This document shows, piece by piece, positions 13,676-26,556 of a stretch of 64,000 nt of DNA. A program made the position numbers and the translations under genes. Under the pieces are notes generated by a model. That model ran no database searches. It saw nothing but the letters and a program-made list of their open reading frames with translations, and was not told where the DNA came from. The first letter of the stretch is position 1. Each line of letters begins with the position of its first letter. Source of the stretch: Moniliella sp. 'wahieum' (Eukaryota); the NCBI GenBank assembly GCA_003971905.1, contig RSEE01000013.1, positions 310,001 through 374,000 on the forward strand, read 5' to 3'.

Positions 13676-14877
13676 TCAGTGGCTGGGTCTATTTAAGCGA
13701 GTCGCGCCGTCGGGTGCAGACCGGTGATCACAATGAGCGGTGACGCGCTGACTCGGCTTTGTCGACCGCCCGGCGACGGACGCGTGGCCCTGCAGGTGAG
13801 TGGCGCCGTGCGGGGTGCGTGTGGGTCAGGCAAGGCAGGGCTGTGCGGGCGGTGCGCGCCCCTGCGGTGCCATGCATGACATGGGGCACATGTGCCAGGG
13901 GGCAGCTGCCAGGGGCGCGGGGACGCAGGCGCGGGGGCGGTGTGTCGTCTTGGAGGCGCATCGACGCTGGGCGAAGGCCAGCTGTCACATGTCAGATCGC
14001 ACGGCGCCAGTGCAGCCTGCCGCGCCGGGTACGCCCGGAAGCAAGATGACATCATTTTGGGTGTTCCGCCACGCCAAATTTCCGCAGCGGGCATATAAGT
14101 TTCAAACCATCTGCGCCTGCCGCCGTACGCCTGCGCCAGTGTCAGCCAGCTAGTGCCGGCCAGACCCAGCCGTCGCCCCGCGCGTCCTCTGTCCGCCAAC
14201 TCGGGAATTTGCTTTCTGCTTCGGCCGTCAGTCACTAGTCACTGACTTTATTGCGTTCATCAGCCAGCACTCTGCTGGCATCCTCTCTGCCCCCCACCCC
14301 GACCTCTCCTCTGTTGTCTCCATCGGCGTCTGACACCGGATGTTCGAAAGGGGGCTTCATAAGCTTCAAGCCCGAAGCTTTAACGCCGAGTACCGAGTGA
14401 TTCGCTGGTCCGCACAGCCTCGTTAAGCTTAGTTGCCATCATGTCGGCCGTGTCTATCCAACCACTGGGATGTGGCCAGACCTTGGTCGGAGCAAGGCTG
14501 GGTACAGCAGAGACGCCGTGTAGACCGCCTTCACTATGCGAAGCATGGACGGATGGGCGGTCCATCAGGGGGTCATTGCACATGACATTAGGGAAAGAGC
14601 ATGTGGCCTACGCCCTCCCCTCTATCCATATGCTGTGTGGCACGTTACTATTTCCTTCGACCATCCCTTCCCCCTCACGGCGAAAAGCTGCAGAATGCAA
14701 ACTACAACACACACGGCAATAACCGGCGAAGTGTGGATACATGGTGCAAAGTAAAGCGAGTAGTGCAGAGGCGTTGTTGACAATACGCCGAGATTTTTTT
14801 TTTCATCGACAAAAAGTCGCAGCATCCCAAAAATGAGTACGGTCAAGGAACAATAGGAGGGCAAAGTGAGTGGTCTC

Positions 14878-16605
14878 TTAGAAGCCCATACCGCCCATGC
14901 CACCCATCCCGCCCATCCCACCACCGGGCATACCTCCTGCAGGAGCCTTCTCCACAGGCGCGTCAACAATGCATGCCTCCGAAGTTGTCAGAAGCGACGC
15001 CACACCCGAAGCGTCTTGGAGCGAGGTGCGGATCACCTTGAGCGGGTCCAGAATGCCCGCAGCGACCATGTCCTTAAATTCAGACGTGGCAGCGTCGTAC
15101 CCATAGGCAAAGTCGTCCATATGCGACTCGAGGAGGCGGCCTACAACGACCGAGCCCTCCTCGCCCGCGTTCTCGACAATCTGCCGCGTCGGCCGGGTAA
15201 GAGCCGCCTTGATAATCGAGACACCCAACTGTTGGTCAAAGTTGGCCGTCTTGACCCCGGCCAGAGCCTGAGTGGCCTTAAGCAGAGCCGTACCACCGCC
15301 GGGAACAATGCCTTCTTCCACGGCAGCCCGAGTGGCGTTCAAGGCATCGTCGTATCGGTCCTTTTTCTCCCCGACTTCCACCTCAGATGAGCCACCGACC
15401 TTGATGACTGCCACGCCACCCGACAGCTTGGCCAGGCGCTCCTGCAACTTGGACTTGTCGTAGTCAGAACTCGCCTCCTGGATTGCAGAGCGAATCTGCT
15501 CGGCGCGGTGGGCCACGCATCCTTGTCTCCCGAGCCGTCAAGGAAGATGGTGTCCTCCTTGGAGACAGTAATCGAGCCAGCCTGGCCGAGCATGTCCGGC
15601 GTAGCGCGTTCCAGCTTGATGTCCAGCTCATCCGAGAAGACTGTACCACCGGTGAGGATGGCAAGGTCACCCAGGATCGACTTACGGTTGTCACCAAAGC
15701 CAGGGGCCTTGACGGCGCACACTTGCAGCTGCCCACGAAGCTTGTTGAGCACACGCCGCAAGCGCCTCCCCATCCACATCTTCTGCCACAATGAGCAAGG
15801 GACGGCGCAGCTGCGCCGACGCCTCGAGCGCAGGCATGATGTCCGCCAGCGCCGAAATCTTGTTCTCCGAGAAGAGGATCAAGGGCTTGTCAAGCTCCAC
15901 CTTTTGAGTCTTTACATCCGTGATAAAGTAAGGGGAGATGTAGCCGCGGTCAAAGCGCATGCCCTCAGTAATGTCGATCTCATCCTCCAGGGTGCGACCC
16001 TCCTTGACGGTAATCACACCTTCCTTGCCCACCTTCTCCATGGCTGCGGCAATTAGCTCGCCCACATGCTTGTCTCCATTGGCCGAGATTGTGGCCACCT
16101 GGGCAATCTCCTCAGCCGTAGTGACGGGCTTCTTGTTCTCTTCCAGGAACTTGATCACGGCGTCCACCGCAGCCTGCGTGCCACGCCGAAGGTCCATTGG
16201 GTTGCACCCAGCCGCAACATTCTTGACACCCTCGGCGTAGATCGCACGAGCCAAGACGGTGGGCGGCGGTGGGCCATCACCAGCGACCTCGTTGGTCTTG
16301 TTGGCCACATCCTGCACCAGCTTAGCGCCCAGGTTCTCAAATTTGTCCTTAAGCTCAATAGCCTTGGCAACGGTCACTCCATCTTTGGTAATCTTGGGCC
16401 CGCCGAACGCCTGCTCGATAATCACGTTGCGGCCCTTGGGGCCCATGGTGACACTGACCGCGTCGGCGAGAAGGTTGACACCCTTGAGCATCGCAGCGCG
16501 GCCGGGGTTGCTGAAAAGCACATCCTTGTGCTGGGCAATGGGCGACGTGCTGAACGCACGCACACCACGCAGAGGCACCTTGGCAGCAGTACGAAGGAGG
16601 GACAT
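14878..16605 (-). CDS. HSP60: Mitochondrial chaperonin Hsp60 (GroEL family)
   Basis: Mitochondrial presequence, [53 protein letters not shown]-terminal GGM repeats; split over three ORFs by indels. Confidence 0.97.
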
Positions 16606-17234
16606 GGCGACAGGCCTGTTGGAAGAAAAGCAGCGGAAGCTCTACTGTTCGTGCCGGTGGGAAGCAGCGGCGCTCGAAGATTATTACGAGCACCAAAAAC
16701 GCCCAGCAGCGGCAATTCCCAATACTGCCCCCGTGCGGGCCTCTCACCGAAGCGGAACGAATGTCTGGCTTGTGCATTGTGTGAGATGGGTATGTGCTGT
16801 GCAGATGGCCAGTGCGGGGGACCGGCAGTAACTAGCAGCTAGAACTCAGCCCTAAGGCCTAACCGGCCTAACCGCCACTGAGGCTGGAAAAGCGCAACCC
16901 AGGTTCTTCTCAGAACTAACACCGCGCGTCCAGGCCAGCAGCAGGTTGCTTGGCGCCAGCGACGGCACTCCCCTCGTCGACACTCTCCCTCCCTGCCTGG
17001 CTAATGAATAGTGGCTGGAACTGGTACGGGCACCGTACTGAGTGGCTGAGCTTCGCGCCTTGTGTCCCACCATGGTTGGCTGGCCGGGTCAAGCCAGTCA
17101 TGCTCACAGGTCACGATCAATTTCATAATTGGTGGAACTCCCCCGAGTCGTTCGGCGTGCTTCCTTTCGTTCCGTTCCACTTGGCCAAGTTCTGTTCCCT
17201 TCTACCATCTGCCCCACCAACTTCCCTAGCTACC
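16606..17234. promoter_or_regulatory. Putative bidirectional promoter of HSP60/HSP10
   Basis: Divergent start codons at 16605 and 17235. Confidence 0.6.
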
Positions 17235-17620
17235 ATGGCATCCACATCAAGTCGGTCAAGAACATTGTTCCGCTGCTCGACCGTGTGCTGGTGCAGCGCT
17301 TCAAGGCTGAAACCAAGACGGCCTCTGGCCTGTTCCTGCCCAGTTCCGCTACCCCCCCCCTCTGCCCGAGGCCCATGTCCTTGCTGCCGGCCCTGGCGCA
17401 GTCACTGCCGAGGGCAAGCTGATCCCTGTCAGCGTCAAGGCTGGTGACAAGGTTCTTCTCCCTGGCTGGGGTGGTAACTCTATCAAGGTGGGCGAAGAGG
17501 TGCGTCTTCCCCTTCTGTCCCCTTTGCAGCCATCAGCTCTGGTTCTTATTCACTCTTTTGTCGTGGCAGGAGTACCTCCTCATCAAGGACAGCGAAATTC
17601 TGGCCAAGCTCAACGAGTAA
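17235..17620 (+). CDS. HSP10: Mitochondrial co-chaperonin Hsp10 (GroES family)
   Basis: IKSVKNIVPLLDRVLVQRFKAETKTASGLFLP...SVKAGDKVLLPGWGGNSIKVGEE / intron 17500-17569 / EYLLIKDSEILAKLNE*. Confidence 0.95.
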
Positions 17621-17772
17621 TGCGGTTTCCTTCTACATCTTGATTTTGCTCTGGAACCAGTCGTTTCCTCCCTGTTCCAACACACACTCGATACCCACCC
17701 CTCGGCTTAGGGTGGGGTCTCAATCGACATTAAAACAGTATTTGAGGAGTGCATTGGATTGGTGTGAGTAAG

Positions 17773-18347
17773 CTAGAGCAGCTTGAGGTGCCTGGTGATG
17801 GCATCCACCTGAGAAGGCGCCGGTCCAATCGCCACCACCGTGCGCGACCCGGGCTTGACCTGGGTGCGGCCAGCATCTTGAATGGCCTGGCCGAAATGCC
17901 TTGGGCCCGGGCATCCTTGATGACTTGATTAAACACTTCCTCTGAGGGGCTTTGACGACACGACCTTGGCCTGCCCCTCCTCTCCCATTGGCGGAGAAGA
18001 TCAGGTTGCTTGGCCCGCATATACTTGTACGCTGCCAAAGTCGCATGACCACACTGCGCAGCAATTTTACCCTTTTCCATCTTGAGGTCTTGCCGCACCA
18101 CAAGGACTAATTTGCACTCTTCCTTGCTGCTCGTCTCCCTCTTCCTCTTCAGAGGTGTATTCACTCTCGTCGCCATCGTCTGCTTGAGCTGGTAGTTGAA
18201 AAGTGTAACCCGTTCCAAGGTAATAGCCAATCACCAGTGAAGACACCCCAACCGCGAGAAGAGTAGGAACTAAAATAGTCAGTGCTGTCTACTTGAGGGG
18301 GCATACGGGTATTGACGTACCGCCTGCCCAGGGGGTGTGGCGCTCAT
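17773..18347 (-). CDS. PTH2: Peptidyl-tRNA hydrolase 2
   Basis: [57 protein letters not shown]-terminal hydrophobic anchor after a probable intron at 18270-18320. Confidence 0.9.
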
Positions 18348-18828
18348 GATGATGGTGTGCACGACGCTGCCTAGGGCGGAAACACTGAGCCTGATGTCCT
18401 CTGTTTGCGTGGACAGATTCTGAGGACCACATCAAAACAATTCTACGTTCCGCCAGCAGTGCGGTTTAATCATTCCGCTGAGCTTGGGTGTGCCAGCACC
18501 TTCCTGTACAAGTAGCCCTTCTGCCTGACTTACGCATAGCTGCGTGCATGGCGGCGGTTGGTACATCTCCCTGGTTGAGCGAGCCCTCAAGAGAGATGCT
18601 GACGACCGGATGCAGGCTCTAGGTTGGAGCCTGGAGGAAGGTCTGACCAAACTGTCTTTGATATACGATGCACCGGATCAACATTTCCATGCCAACAAAG
18701 TAGTGGCACAAGGCATGGGCAAATCGAGCGCATGGCTCAAGCAAGGACCACCACCGGGCAAACAGCAGACACGACAGAGAGCAAACACACATCAACGACA
18801 GGAAGATTGCGGGGGAAGGAGAAAGGAA

Positions 18829-21800
18829 TTAGGGCGACAACTTGGGGGACGAGGACGTAGGAGGCGTCATGGCATCCGACCGGTCGGTCCTGTCCGTCGC
18901 CTCGGTATCGTTCGAGTTACGACGGGAGCGCTTTTGCTGCTGGATCCGCACATAGAGCAAGTGAGCGTCCTGTTCTTGTCCACCAAAGTAAACAGTGTCC
19001 CCCTCAATCTGCCCACGGTCCGTAGGACCCACACCGTCCACACGCAGCGTATGAGCAGCAAGCTTGGCAATCGCCTCGTCGTAGTCCATGTGCTTGGTGA
19101 GCGCGCGGCGGGAAGAGGCGCCAGCGCATGCCGCGCATCGAGGTTGATCGAGAGATGTTATCGCTGTGGCGCCTTCGGAAACCGTGATGACCATCGACCG
19201 CTCTGGCCGCTTTTCCGAACGCGTGGACGCCCCTGAGCCCATACCAGGTGTGGAGGTGCTTCTGCACCGCCCAGAAGGGAAGAGAGAGAGGCGCCCCGGT
19301 TGTGCCCCAGGTGGGGCGTGGTGACGGGGGGCGAGTTGCTGCTCTCGTCCCGTTCCGAGCTGGACAGGAGCGGTCCTGAAATGCGTCGTGCCTCGTTCGT
19401 CAAGCTATTGCCGCCCGATGGAGGTGCCGAACGGCCGTGAGGGCCTGTTCCACACTGTTGGGAACTGGCACGGCGAGGTGCCCGGCACAGTAAGATTAGG
19501 AACCCGTCGTACCTCGAACGTGATGGAGGAGAAGTAGTCGAGGGGAGGGGTGCGCGGCATAACAATTGGTAGATCCGAGGTGCAGATCAAATTGAGCAGC
19601 GTATGGATGTGACTTTCTTTGGTAAAGTACAAACTTGCCATCCCTGGGCTAGCATCCGGCCCCTCAGCCCCGCGAAAGTCCGAAATGATGTTGTTGAGGA
19701 GCGGCATTGACGTCAACAGCCCAATCTGCTCCTTTTCCATAAAGGTCATACCATACTCGCGCGGGCAAACGTAATTGTATAAGCCCAAGGCCAAGTGGTA
19801 CAGCTCAAACAGTGCCTTCAGGGGCCCCTGCAACGCTTCTTTGGTCCGCTTGGTCTCAGAAGTTGCCTTGCCCTCCTTGCAGTTCGAGGCCGTTGCCGTT
19901 CCGGTCAGGCGCTGCCCAATACGGCTCACCCTAGATGAAATCGACTCGGCCGGAGGAGTTTCCCCTGTTGGCGTGGACTCCTCTGCCTCAGGATCGGCAA
20001 AGATCTTCTCCAGAAAAGCGCGGTTGTGAAGCCCATCGTGGGTCAGCATGTCATACAGTTCCGATACACGTGACGGATCGTGAGGGTCATCCTCATAATC
20101 GTTGAAAAGCTTCTCCCACCGTTCGCGGAAAAGGGCAGGCGTCTCGTGCGTACACCACCGACGCTGAATCGAATCCACATCCAAGCGTGCATAGTTGGCC
20201 ACCATTGCCTTGCGCAGGCGTCGCAGGAGACCAACGAGTTGTAAACCGAGCTCCCCAGGTGGCGGCAGTTCATCAGGCCAGTCGTCGGGGATGGGTTGGC
20301 CTGGACGGAGCGAATTCTTGAGGCGTTTTCTTGACCTTGTCCATCCGGTCCTTGGCGGCATTGCTGTCGTCGAGTAAGTCCTTGCGTACAATCATGTGAA
20401 TCGGCTCCGCACTGTGGGGCGACTCGCCGTTCGAGCTATGGTACACGGCACCACTGCCCAGAGGGCTAGGACTGTAGGCCGGTTTACCCGACGATGTGCT
20501 CTCCCCCAGCAGGGCAGCAGTAAACGTCTCGGCACTGCCGTCACTCGCCTTTCCGATGATGTGTAGACCTAAGTCGAGTCAGTACCTCTCGTACATGCCA
20601 AAAAACAAGAAAGAGGACGTACTGTGCAGTTGCGGAGTGTAGCGGGGTTCATGAGTAGATCGCGGCGCATATTAAGTCCATACTCTTTGGCCTGGTGCCT
20701 CGCCGCATGAGAGAACTCGCCACCCCACTTGATCACGAGGGTCATCTTCTCTAGCGCGTCTGTCCTTGTTGAATGAAGGCTTCATTTGGATCTTGGTCCC
20801 CGGGCTGTCTTTCTTGCGCTGGATCACGTCCATAATCAAAGATAAGTCATCCTTGGCGGCATTCGGGTGGAAGCGGCCTCATATGCCGCATCGTACACAA
20901 TCTCCAGGTTGGACCGAAGGATGATCTCTTCCCTGCGGCCGTGGAGGAGACGAAGCAATGGCGCAGTCCAAGCGTCGGCGGCTTTGAAGGAGCGCTTGAG
21001 CTTCTGCTTGGGCGTCCGGTCACCATGCCGGAACACAGTCACGTTGGAGCGCAGTTTCCACCCTGCCTGTTCGCCTGTATTCGAGCTCCCAAGTCTGGAC
21101 CCGAGGAACGCGTCGATGGTTAGTCCCGCAGCAATCGCGGCGGCTGCGCGGATGTGCGGTCCCTTGCTCGAGGTGATCCGAAGGAACTTGGACATGATCT
21201 CGGCGGCACGGTCATAGTAGTAATCGTTGCCCTTGACGAAGACCAGCCGTTGACATCAATCACATAGCTCTTCTTGCCCACTCGGAGCATATCGAACCCA
21301 CACACGTTTTGTTTGAACGCACGGCTAATGGTGGTAGCCATTTGTTTTTCAGCCTGGGTGAGTTGAGTAATGTACCGAATTTCTTTGCCCTCGGGGTTGC
21401 GCTTCACCAACCCATCCACCACAGGCGACTTGCGCGTCTCGGCATGCACAAATTGAGATCCAATGGTGTAAACTTTGATGTCTTCAGCATTGTCCACGTC
21501 CATAAACTCCTCGTAAATATAAGACCCACCCTGGCGCGGGTGAATAAGGCTGGGGTCATACTCAGACGACTTGTTTCCCACCTTGCGGAAGAGACGCCGC
21601 CCGCCGCCACCCTGAGCCTTGGGGAAGTAAATGTGGATGTTGTGGTCTTCTCCGCTAACGGGCTTCTCGAGGAACGGCTTGCGAATCTCCCGGCGGTGCA
21701 AGCCTTCGCCCACAACCAGCACGTCCTCGTCGTCCTCCTTGAGATGAGCCACCTGAGGCGGCAAGTTTCTCCGTTTGTCGACAGGAATGCCAATTGTGCT

Positions 21801-22206
21801 CTGGAGATGGGTTGCAACACGTGGTTCAAGGCTGTTGTACGGGCCTCCATCGCGGGAAGCTTCGAGGCGGAAGGGTGTCGGAACGCCGACAGCGTCGAGA
21901 ATGGCGAGGACCAGACGACGGTCCCACAGGACCTTCTGGAGGCATAAATCGTTGATCAGCACTGGCTTGCGCAGGTCGGCATACGCGATGGCCTTATCCA
22001 GGGGAAGCCCGTGGAGAAGAAGGAGATGAGGACATCGACAACAGGCCAGGCGGTGGGGGCTCGTCGACGAGCACCTTGTCGCCAAAGGTGATGATTTGCA
22101 CGTTGAGCTCCTTGTTGGCGAGGATGCGGTTGAGGATGCTCTGCATCGGCTTGGACCGCGCCTTGCGGTCCATGGCGGCGATGCCGAGCAGAATGGCACG
22201 GCCCAT
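18829..22206 (-). CDS. VIP1: Inositol hexakisphosphate/diphosphoinositol-pentakisphosphate kinase (Vip1/Asp1, PPIP5K)
   Basis: [66 protein letters not shown]; phosphatase motif [25 protein letters not shown]; multiple indels and at least one intron. Confidence 0.95.
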
Positions 22207-22630
22207 GGCTGGCGGTGGGGGGAGGGCGGAGGAGGGCGGGCGGGGCGTGGCGGGGAAGGGACAGAGACGGCCAGCCCGTTTTCTGCGCCCCAACGTGCCA
22301 CCAGACGTGATGGAAAACGTTCCGGTCCATGTCCGTTGAGCGGAACCGCACTGTGCTGCTGCTGCCCTCGAGGAGCATTGGCCCACTGGCTAGTGAGTGA
22401 GTACTACTGGGGGCGAACTAGCACCTGAGTCTCAGCGAACTCAACTGAATTTCAACGCAGCCGTCCTCTCGATGTTCAAGTGCCGACGCAGCGCACGTAG
22501 CCAGGATTCGCGGCAGCTTATGTCAGCCGGCGTGCTCCTCTGCTGCTCCCTCCCCGCCTGCCTTTGTCCTCCTCGCCCGCGCGCGCAAGTTCAGGGCAGC
22601 ACTACGGACCCACCACGCCTCCGGCCAAGC

Positions 22631-23986
22631 ATGGCACGACGCTGGGCCGGCCCCACCCGGGCCGAGTACGAGGAGGTGCTGAGCAGTGAGCAGGTCGTCG
22701 ACATGGGCCGTCTGCGCGGCTACGCCCGCCACGGCGTTGCCACGGCCGTGCGCGGCGACGTGTGGATGCACCTCTCGGTGTGCTCGCCGCCGATACGGCC
22801 GGCGAGGCGTCGGCGGTGCGTGCCATGCTCTTGCCTGGTCCGACACCCCCGTCGCTCATCCCGCCCAGTCCCAAATCCAGCAATGCGCCCAGGAGTATGT
22901 CCATGCCATCTCCCGCACGCCCCATGCCCGCTCGTCCTTCACCCACCGTCCCCGGCCGCCCATGCCCATGCCCATGCCCACCTCCGCCCCTCTCACCTCC
23001 GCCTCCTCCGCCGTGTCTCGCTCCCATGCGGCAGCGAGGAGAGCCATGCTGTCGCTCAACAAACCCGGTGGGTAGCGCGGATCACTGCGGTTGTCGGAGC
23101 CTTTCTCAACCCCACATCCCCCCCGATGAAACCCCTACCTCTCCTCCGCCCCCCATTCCTCCATACGCCGGTCCGTAACCCCCCCGCTGAACCCGAATGG
23201 CCCGGCTCCCCTCCGCAAGCAGACGATATGGATCTGGACTGGGCCATTCCCCGCACCAACCCATCCGAGATCGCGATGGGCATCCGCTATTCTCCAGCCC
23301 TGAGGATCGGAGACGAGTATGATCAGTGCCACCGGCCCTCGACGCAGGGGCCTCTCTGGTGGAACCAAGCGCACTGGCACCCTGCCTTGGTTTATCTATG
23401 TGCGCCGCTCGTTGAGTCGATTGAGGCGGATGCGGGAGCCTTCTTTTCATTTGAAGCACTGATGGCGCGACTGGAAAAGAGGTATCTTCCCTCTTGCGGT
23501 GGGCGTGTACTCTCGAGCGTGTCGGGGAGTTTCTTTCCCTCTTGCGCCAGACTGCGCCCAGTCTTTCTCTACTTTGAGGAAGAAGGAATTAACTTGGCCC
23601 CCATGGCAACCGAGTGGCTGCAGACGCTTCTGGCCAAACATTTGCCCTTGTCGGATACGCTCCGTCTGTGGGACACGTACTTTGCCCTCGATCCTGCGCG
23701 AGGAGATGAGTTCACAGATCTCCATACCTATGTATGTGTGGCGATTTTGACCGCTGCGCATGACTTGCTGGAAGAGTTGGATAAGGCCGAGGTACTCGCT
23801 TGGCTTACCCATCTCCCACACCAGGACATTCCGCAAATCGTCAATGACGCCATCAACCTACGCCTCTCTCATCGCCAACAACTTCAACAGCAAGAAGCTT
23901 TCTTCCGGCAACGGTACCGTACCGCCTTGGATCCCCAGTCACTTTGTTGCCCACCCCCCCCCTCCGCACTCCCCACCGGCCTATGA
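22631..23986 (+). CDS. TBC-domain (Rab-GAP) protein
   Basis: LRGYARHGVATAVRGDVWMHLLGV...WLQTLLAKHLPLSDTLRLWDTYF...LHTYVCVAIL. Confidence 0.8.
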   Translation: MARRWAGPTRAEYEEVLSSEQVVDMGRLRGYARHGVATAVRGDVWMHLSVCSPPIRPARRRRCVPCSCLVRHPRRSSRPVPNPAMRPGVCPCHLPHAPCPLVLHPPSPAAHAHAHAHLRPSHLRLLRRVSLPCGSEESHAVAQQTRWVARITAVVGAFLNPTSPPMKPLPLLRPPFLHTPVRNPPAEPEWPGSPPQADDMDLDWAIPRTNPSEIAMGIRYSPALRIGDEYDQCHRPSTQGPLWWNQAHWHPALVYLCAPLVESIEADAGAFFSFEALMARLEKRYLPSCGGRVLSSVSGSFFPSCARLRPVFLYFEEEGINLAPMATEWLQTLLAKHLPLSDTLRLWDTYFALDPARGDEFTDLHTYVCVAILTAAHDLLEELDKAEVLAWLTHLPHQDIPQIVNDAINLRLSHRQQLQQQEAFFRQRYRTALDPQSLCCPPPPSALPTGL

Positions 23987-24051
23987 TGCCCCCTGCCCAA
24001 ACGAGGTAGGATCACCTATTTATCACTGCACTGCACTACGTTGCAATCCAT

Positions 24052-25418
24052 TCACTTCACTCGTTCGAGCGCCTGCTTTAGTTGACGGAACTGTCGTACG
24101 TCCTCTTCGCCCTGGATAAGACCGCGGTCGATCTGCTCCTGGTGAAGTTGGCGGAGATAGTCGTCGACGGGCTGCTGATAATGCTCCAGTCCCTTATACT
24201 TGAGCAGATCCGCCGCCCGCCCATCCTTGTGCACCTCAAGGATCAATTGGGCAGTGGCAGCTCGCGCAACGCTTTTAGCGGCCGCCGCATGGCATGCACC
24301 CCAAAAAATATCACCCCGCTTTTGGGCATCTTGACCAAGGTTTGATGTTCCAACCGGAGCTGCACTTCGGGGATCGCATCTTTCTCCCAATCCGCACCGC
24401 GTCCGGTATAGTGCGAAGGAGCCATGGGCACAGCCACCGCTCCGTTCGTTCCTGGTGTCGTCGGCAGTGGACCCCGGCCGCACCAAAAGAGCCAAGTGGG
24501 GTCCGAAGCAACGGTGAACTCCCAGCTTGTCCGCTCGATCGGCTGAGAGGGAAGCATGCGAGTAAAACTGCGTTCGACCGACTTGAGCAACTTTTCATTG
24601 AACCGGGGCACTCGTTCGTGGATCGCTTCCATATCCTGTCCCATCTTGTGGGAGACGAGGTAGAATCCAGGGAAGGCCACCAACCCACCAGTGCAGTACC
24701 ATCTTCCGTCCCCTTTGGGATGGCAAATGAGGAAATCGTCTTGCACCAGCCTACTGACGACCATCAACGCATCAATCCCTTGCTTTTTTCCCTTATCGGT
24801 AGACAGACTGAGAGTCTCCCGGTAATGTGGTTCGTCACTTCACCCTGCTCCAAGGAGAAGATGAGGGTAGCGAGCCACAAGCCAGTTGACGAGAATGTCC
24901 ATCAGCTCACCACATGCCTCTTCCGATTCGGGCATCACATCGCACACCGCCTTGCCTTGAGCCCGAGCACCTTCCTCTTCACCTCCAAGTCAGACCGATA
25001 GAACCTATCGATCTCGATCCAGTCGTTGCATGCATGGATTGATGCGCCATTGTCTGGTGGTACGGGTAGCGAATTGTTTTTTGGCACTACGCACCGCCCC
25101 CCCCCACCCCATTTTTTGTTAGTGCGGGCCCACATCCTATCGGAGAGAGGGGACGTACTAAAGATGATCCCTGGCATCTTGCATATCCACGTTACCTGGG
25201 GTAAGGTCACTGGGCTCAGGGACGAAAAAATCTAATAGAGGTGTCAGCATTTGAGAGCGAGAATCGGAGCTGCCATATAATGAAAGAAATGGGATGAAGC
25301 GTACCTTCCTGCACAGCCGGGGCCTTTTGTTGGCGCGAGTCCAATTGCGACTGAGCAGTATTGCCGCCAGCACTGCAACGAAGGCGGCTACAAGAGCGAG
25401 ATAATAAGGCATTGTCAT
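24052..25418 (-). CDS. DUF3445 / heme-dependent oxidative N-demethylase alpha subunit-like protein
   Basis: WIEIDRFY, LVQDDFLI, AFPGF...KMGQDMEAIHERVP, IERTSW, LRLEHQTLVKMPKSGVIFFGVH; N-terminal TM segment; introns and indels. Confidence 0.8.
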
Positions 25419-26484
25419 GGTGTGGGGCTCATGGCGGTATGCCCAATGTGTGTCGCGCCAAGTGGTGGTGGAGAGGGCAACTGTATATATTCAGTACGGG
25501 CGCTTGGAGGGTGGTAAAGTGGCTACGCGATAAGATAAAACCCGCGCTTACGGCAATGCGTCCCCAGCTACGTTTGCACCGATTTGCTCAACGACTGCAC
25601 GTCTGCATTGTTAACAGCTAACCTTGCTGCATTCATCGCCCTGCCTCGTGGACGAGCCGTGTAACGTATGCGTTGCCAACCCCTTTGACCCTGGCCTGCG
25701 CGCTTGACGAGACCTGTACCCAGGACTATGGCGAATGCAAACAGAACACAACATTACATGTACAAGTTGTGCCGACGAGATATGCCAGAGAAACATGGAT
25801 ATGCTATCGGCTCTTGAGCTGTTCGGCCGCACCAAACGATATCACATTGGGTGCTAGCAGATATGGTGGAGGGGATATACGAAGGAGAGCTTTCTGTCAT
25901 GTCGGAATTTTCCTCTCATTGATGGGAGGTGGTTGTGGACTTGGGCGAAACGTATCGCTCTGGACGAGGGTGAGCCGGGGAAGCCTGATGGTGGGGATGG
26001 GCCTTGTCACCCATCATGGCAGCGGAGAGTAAAGAGGTGAGCATGGCGATGCCCATGGAACGTTGAATGGTCGTGAGCGCTGAGCTGTGGTGCTGGTTGG
26101 TTGCTGAGCTTACTGTGGTGGGGGTGCGAAGGGGCGGGGGATTCTCGCGAGAGGCCAGAACCAGATGTCTCTTGCATGGTGTCCACTGGCCATCCACCGC
26201 TCGGGCCAGGGGGACAAACGTTCATATTTCAGTGGGAGTGTGGCCAAGCAGGCGGCACTACGCTGCAGATGGGGATGATGGAGATGATCGATGACGCGAT
26301 GACGCAGAGCAGCAGGGCACACCATGGCACCGTAGCAGCAGAGGGCAGTGTGCGGACGCGTTGATGACTAACGCTGGGGCCCAGGCATGGGTCAGGTGGC
26401 ATTGCAGGGGGAGCTGCTCCAGCCACCAGCACTCCCCTATCCTTATATCACCGATAGGGAGTACTCACTACTCGGTCTAGCTAG

Positions 26485-26556
26485 CCGGTCACCCGTTCAC
26501 CGGTCACCGGTCACCGGCGCCCACCAATGCGATGACCACGACGCGTTGACGCGTGA
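26485..26556. repeat. (GGTCACC)n array and CGTNACG-type units
   Basis: ccggtcacccgttcaccggtcaccggtcaccgg; acgcgttgacgcgtgacg. Confidence 0.85.

Noticed and set aside
16895..16920. Heat-shock element in the HSP60/HSP10 promoter
   Set aside because: TTC/GAA spacing does not fit the canonical nGAAn inverted repeats.
18346..18423. Box C/D snoRNA-like ATGATGA...CTGA
   Set aside because: It overlaps the PTH2 start and I could not identify an rRNA-complementary guide.
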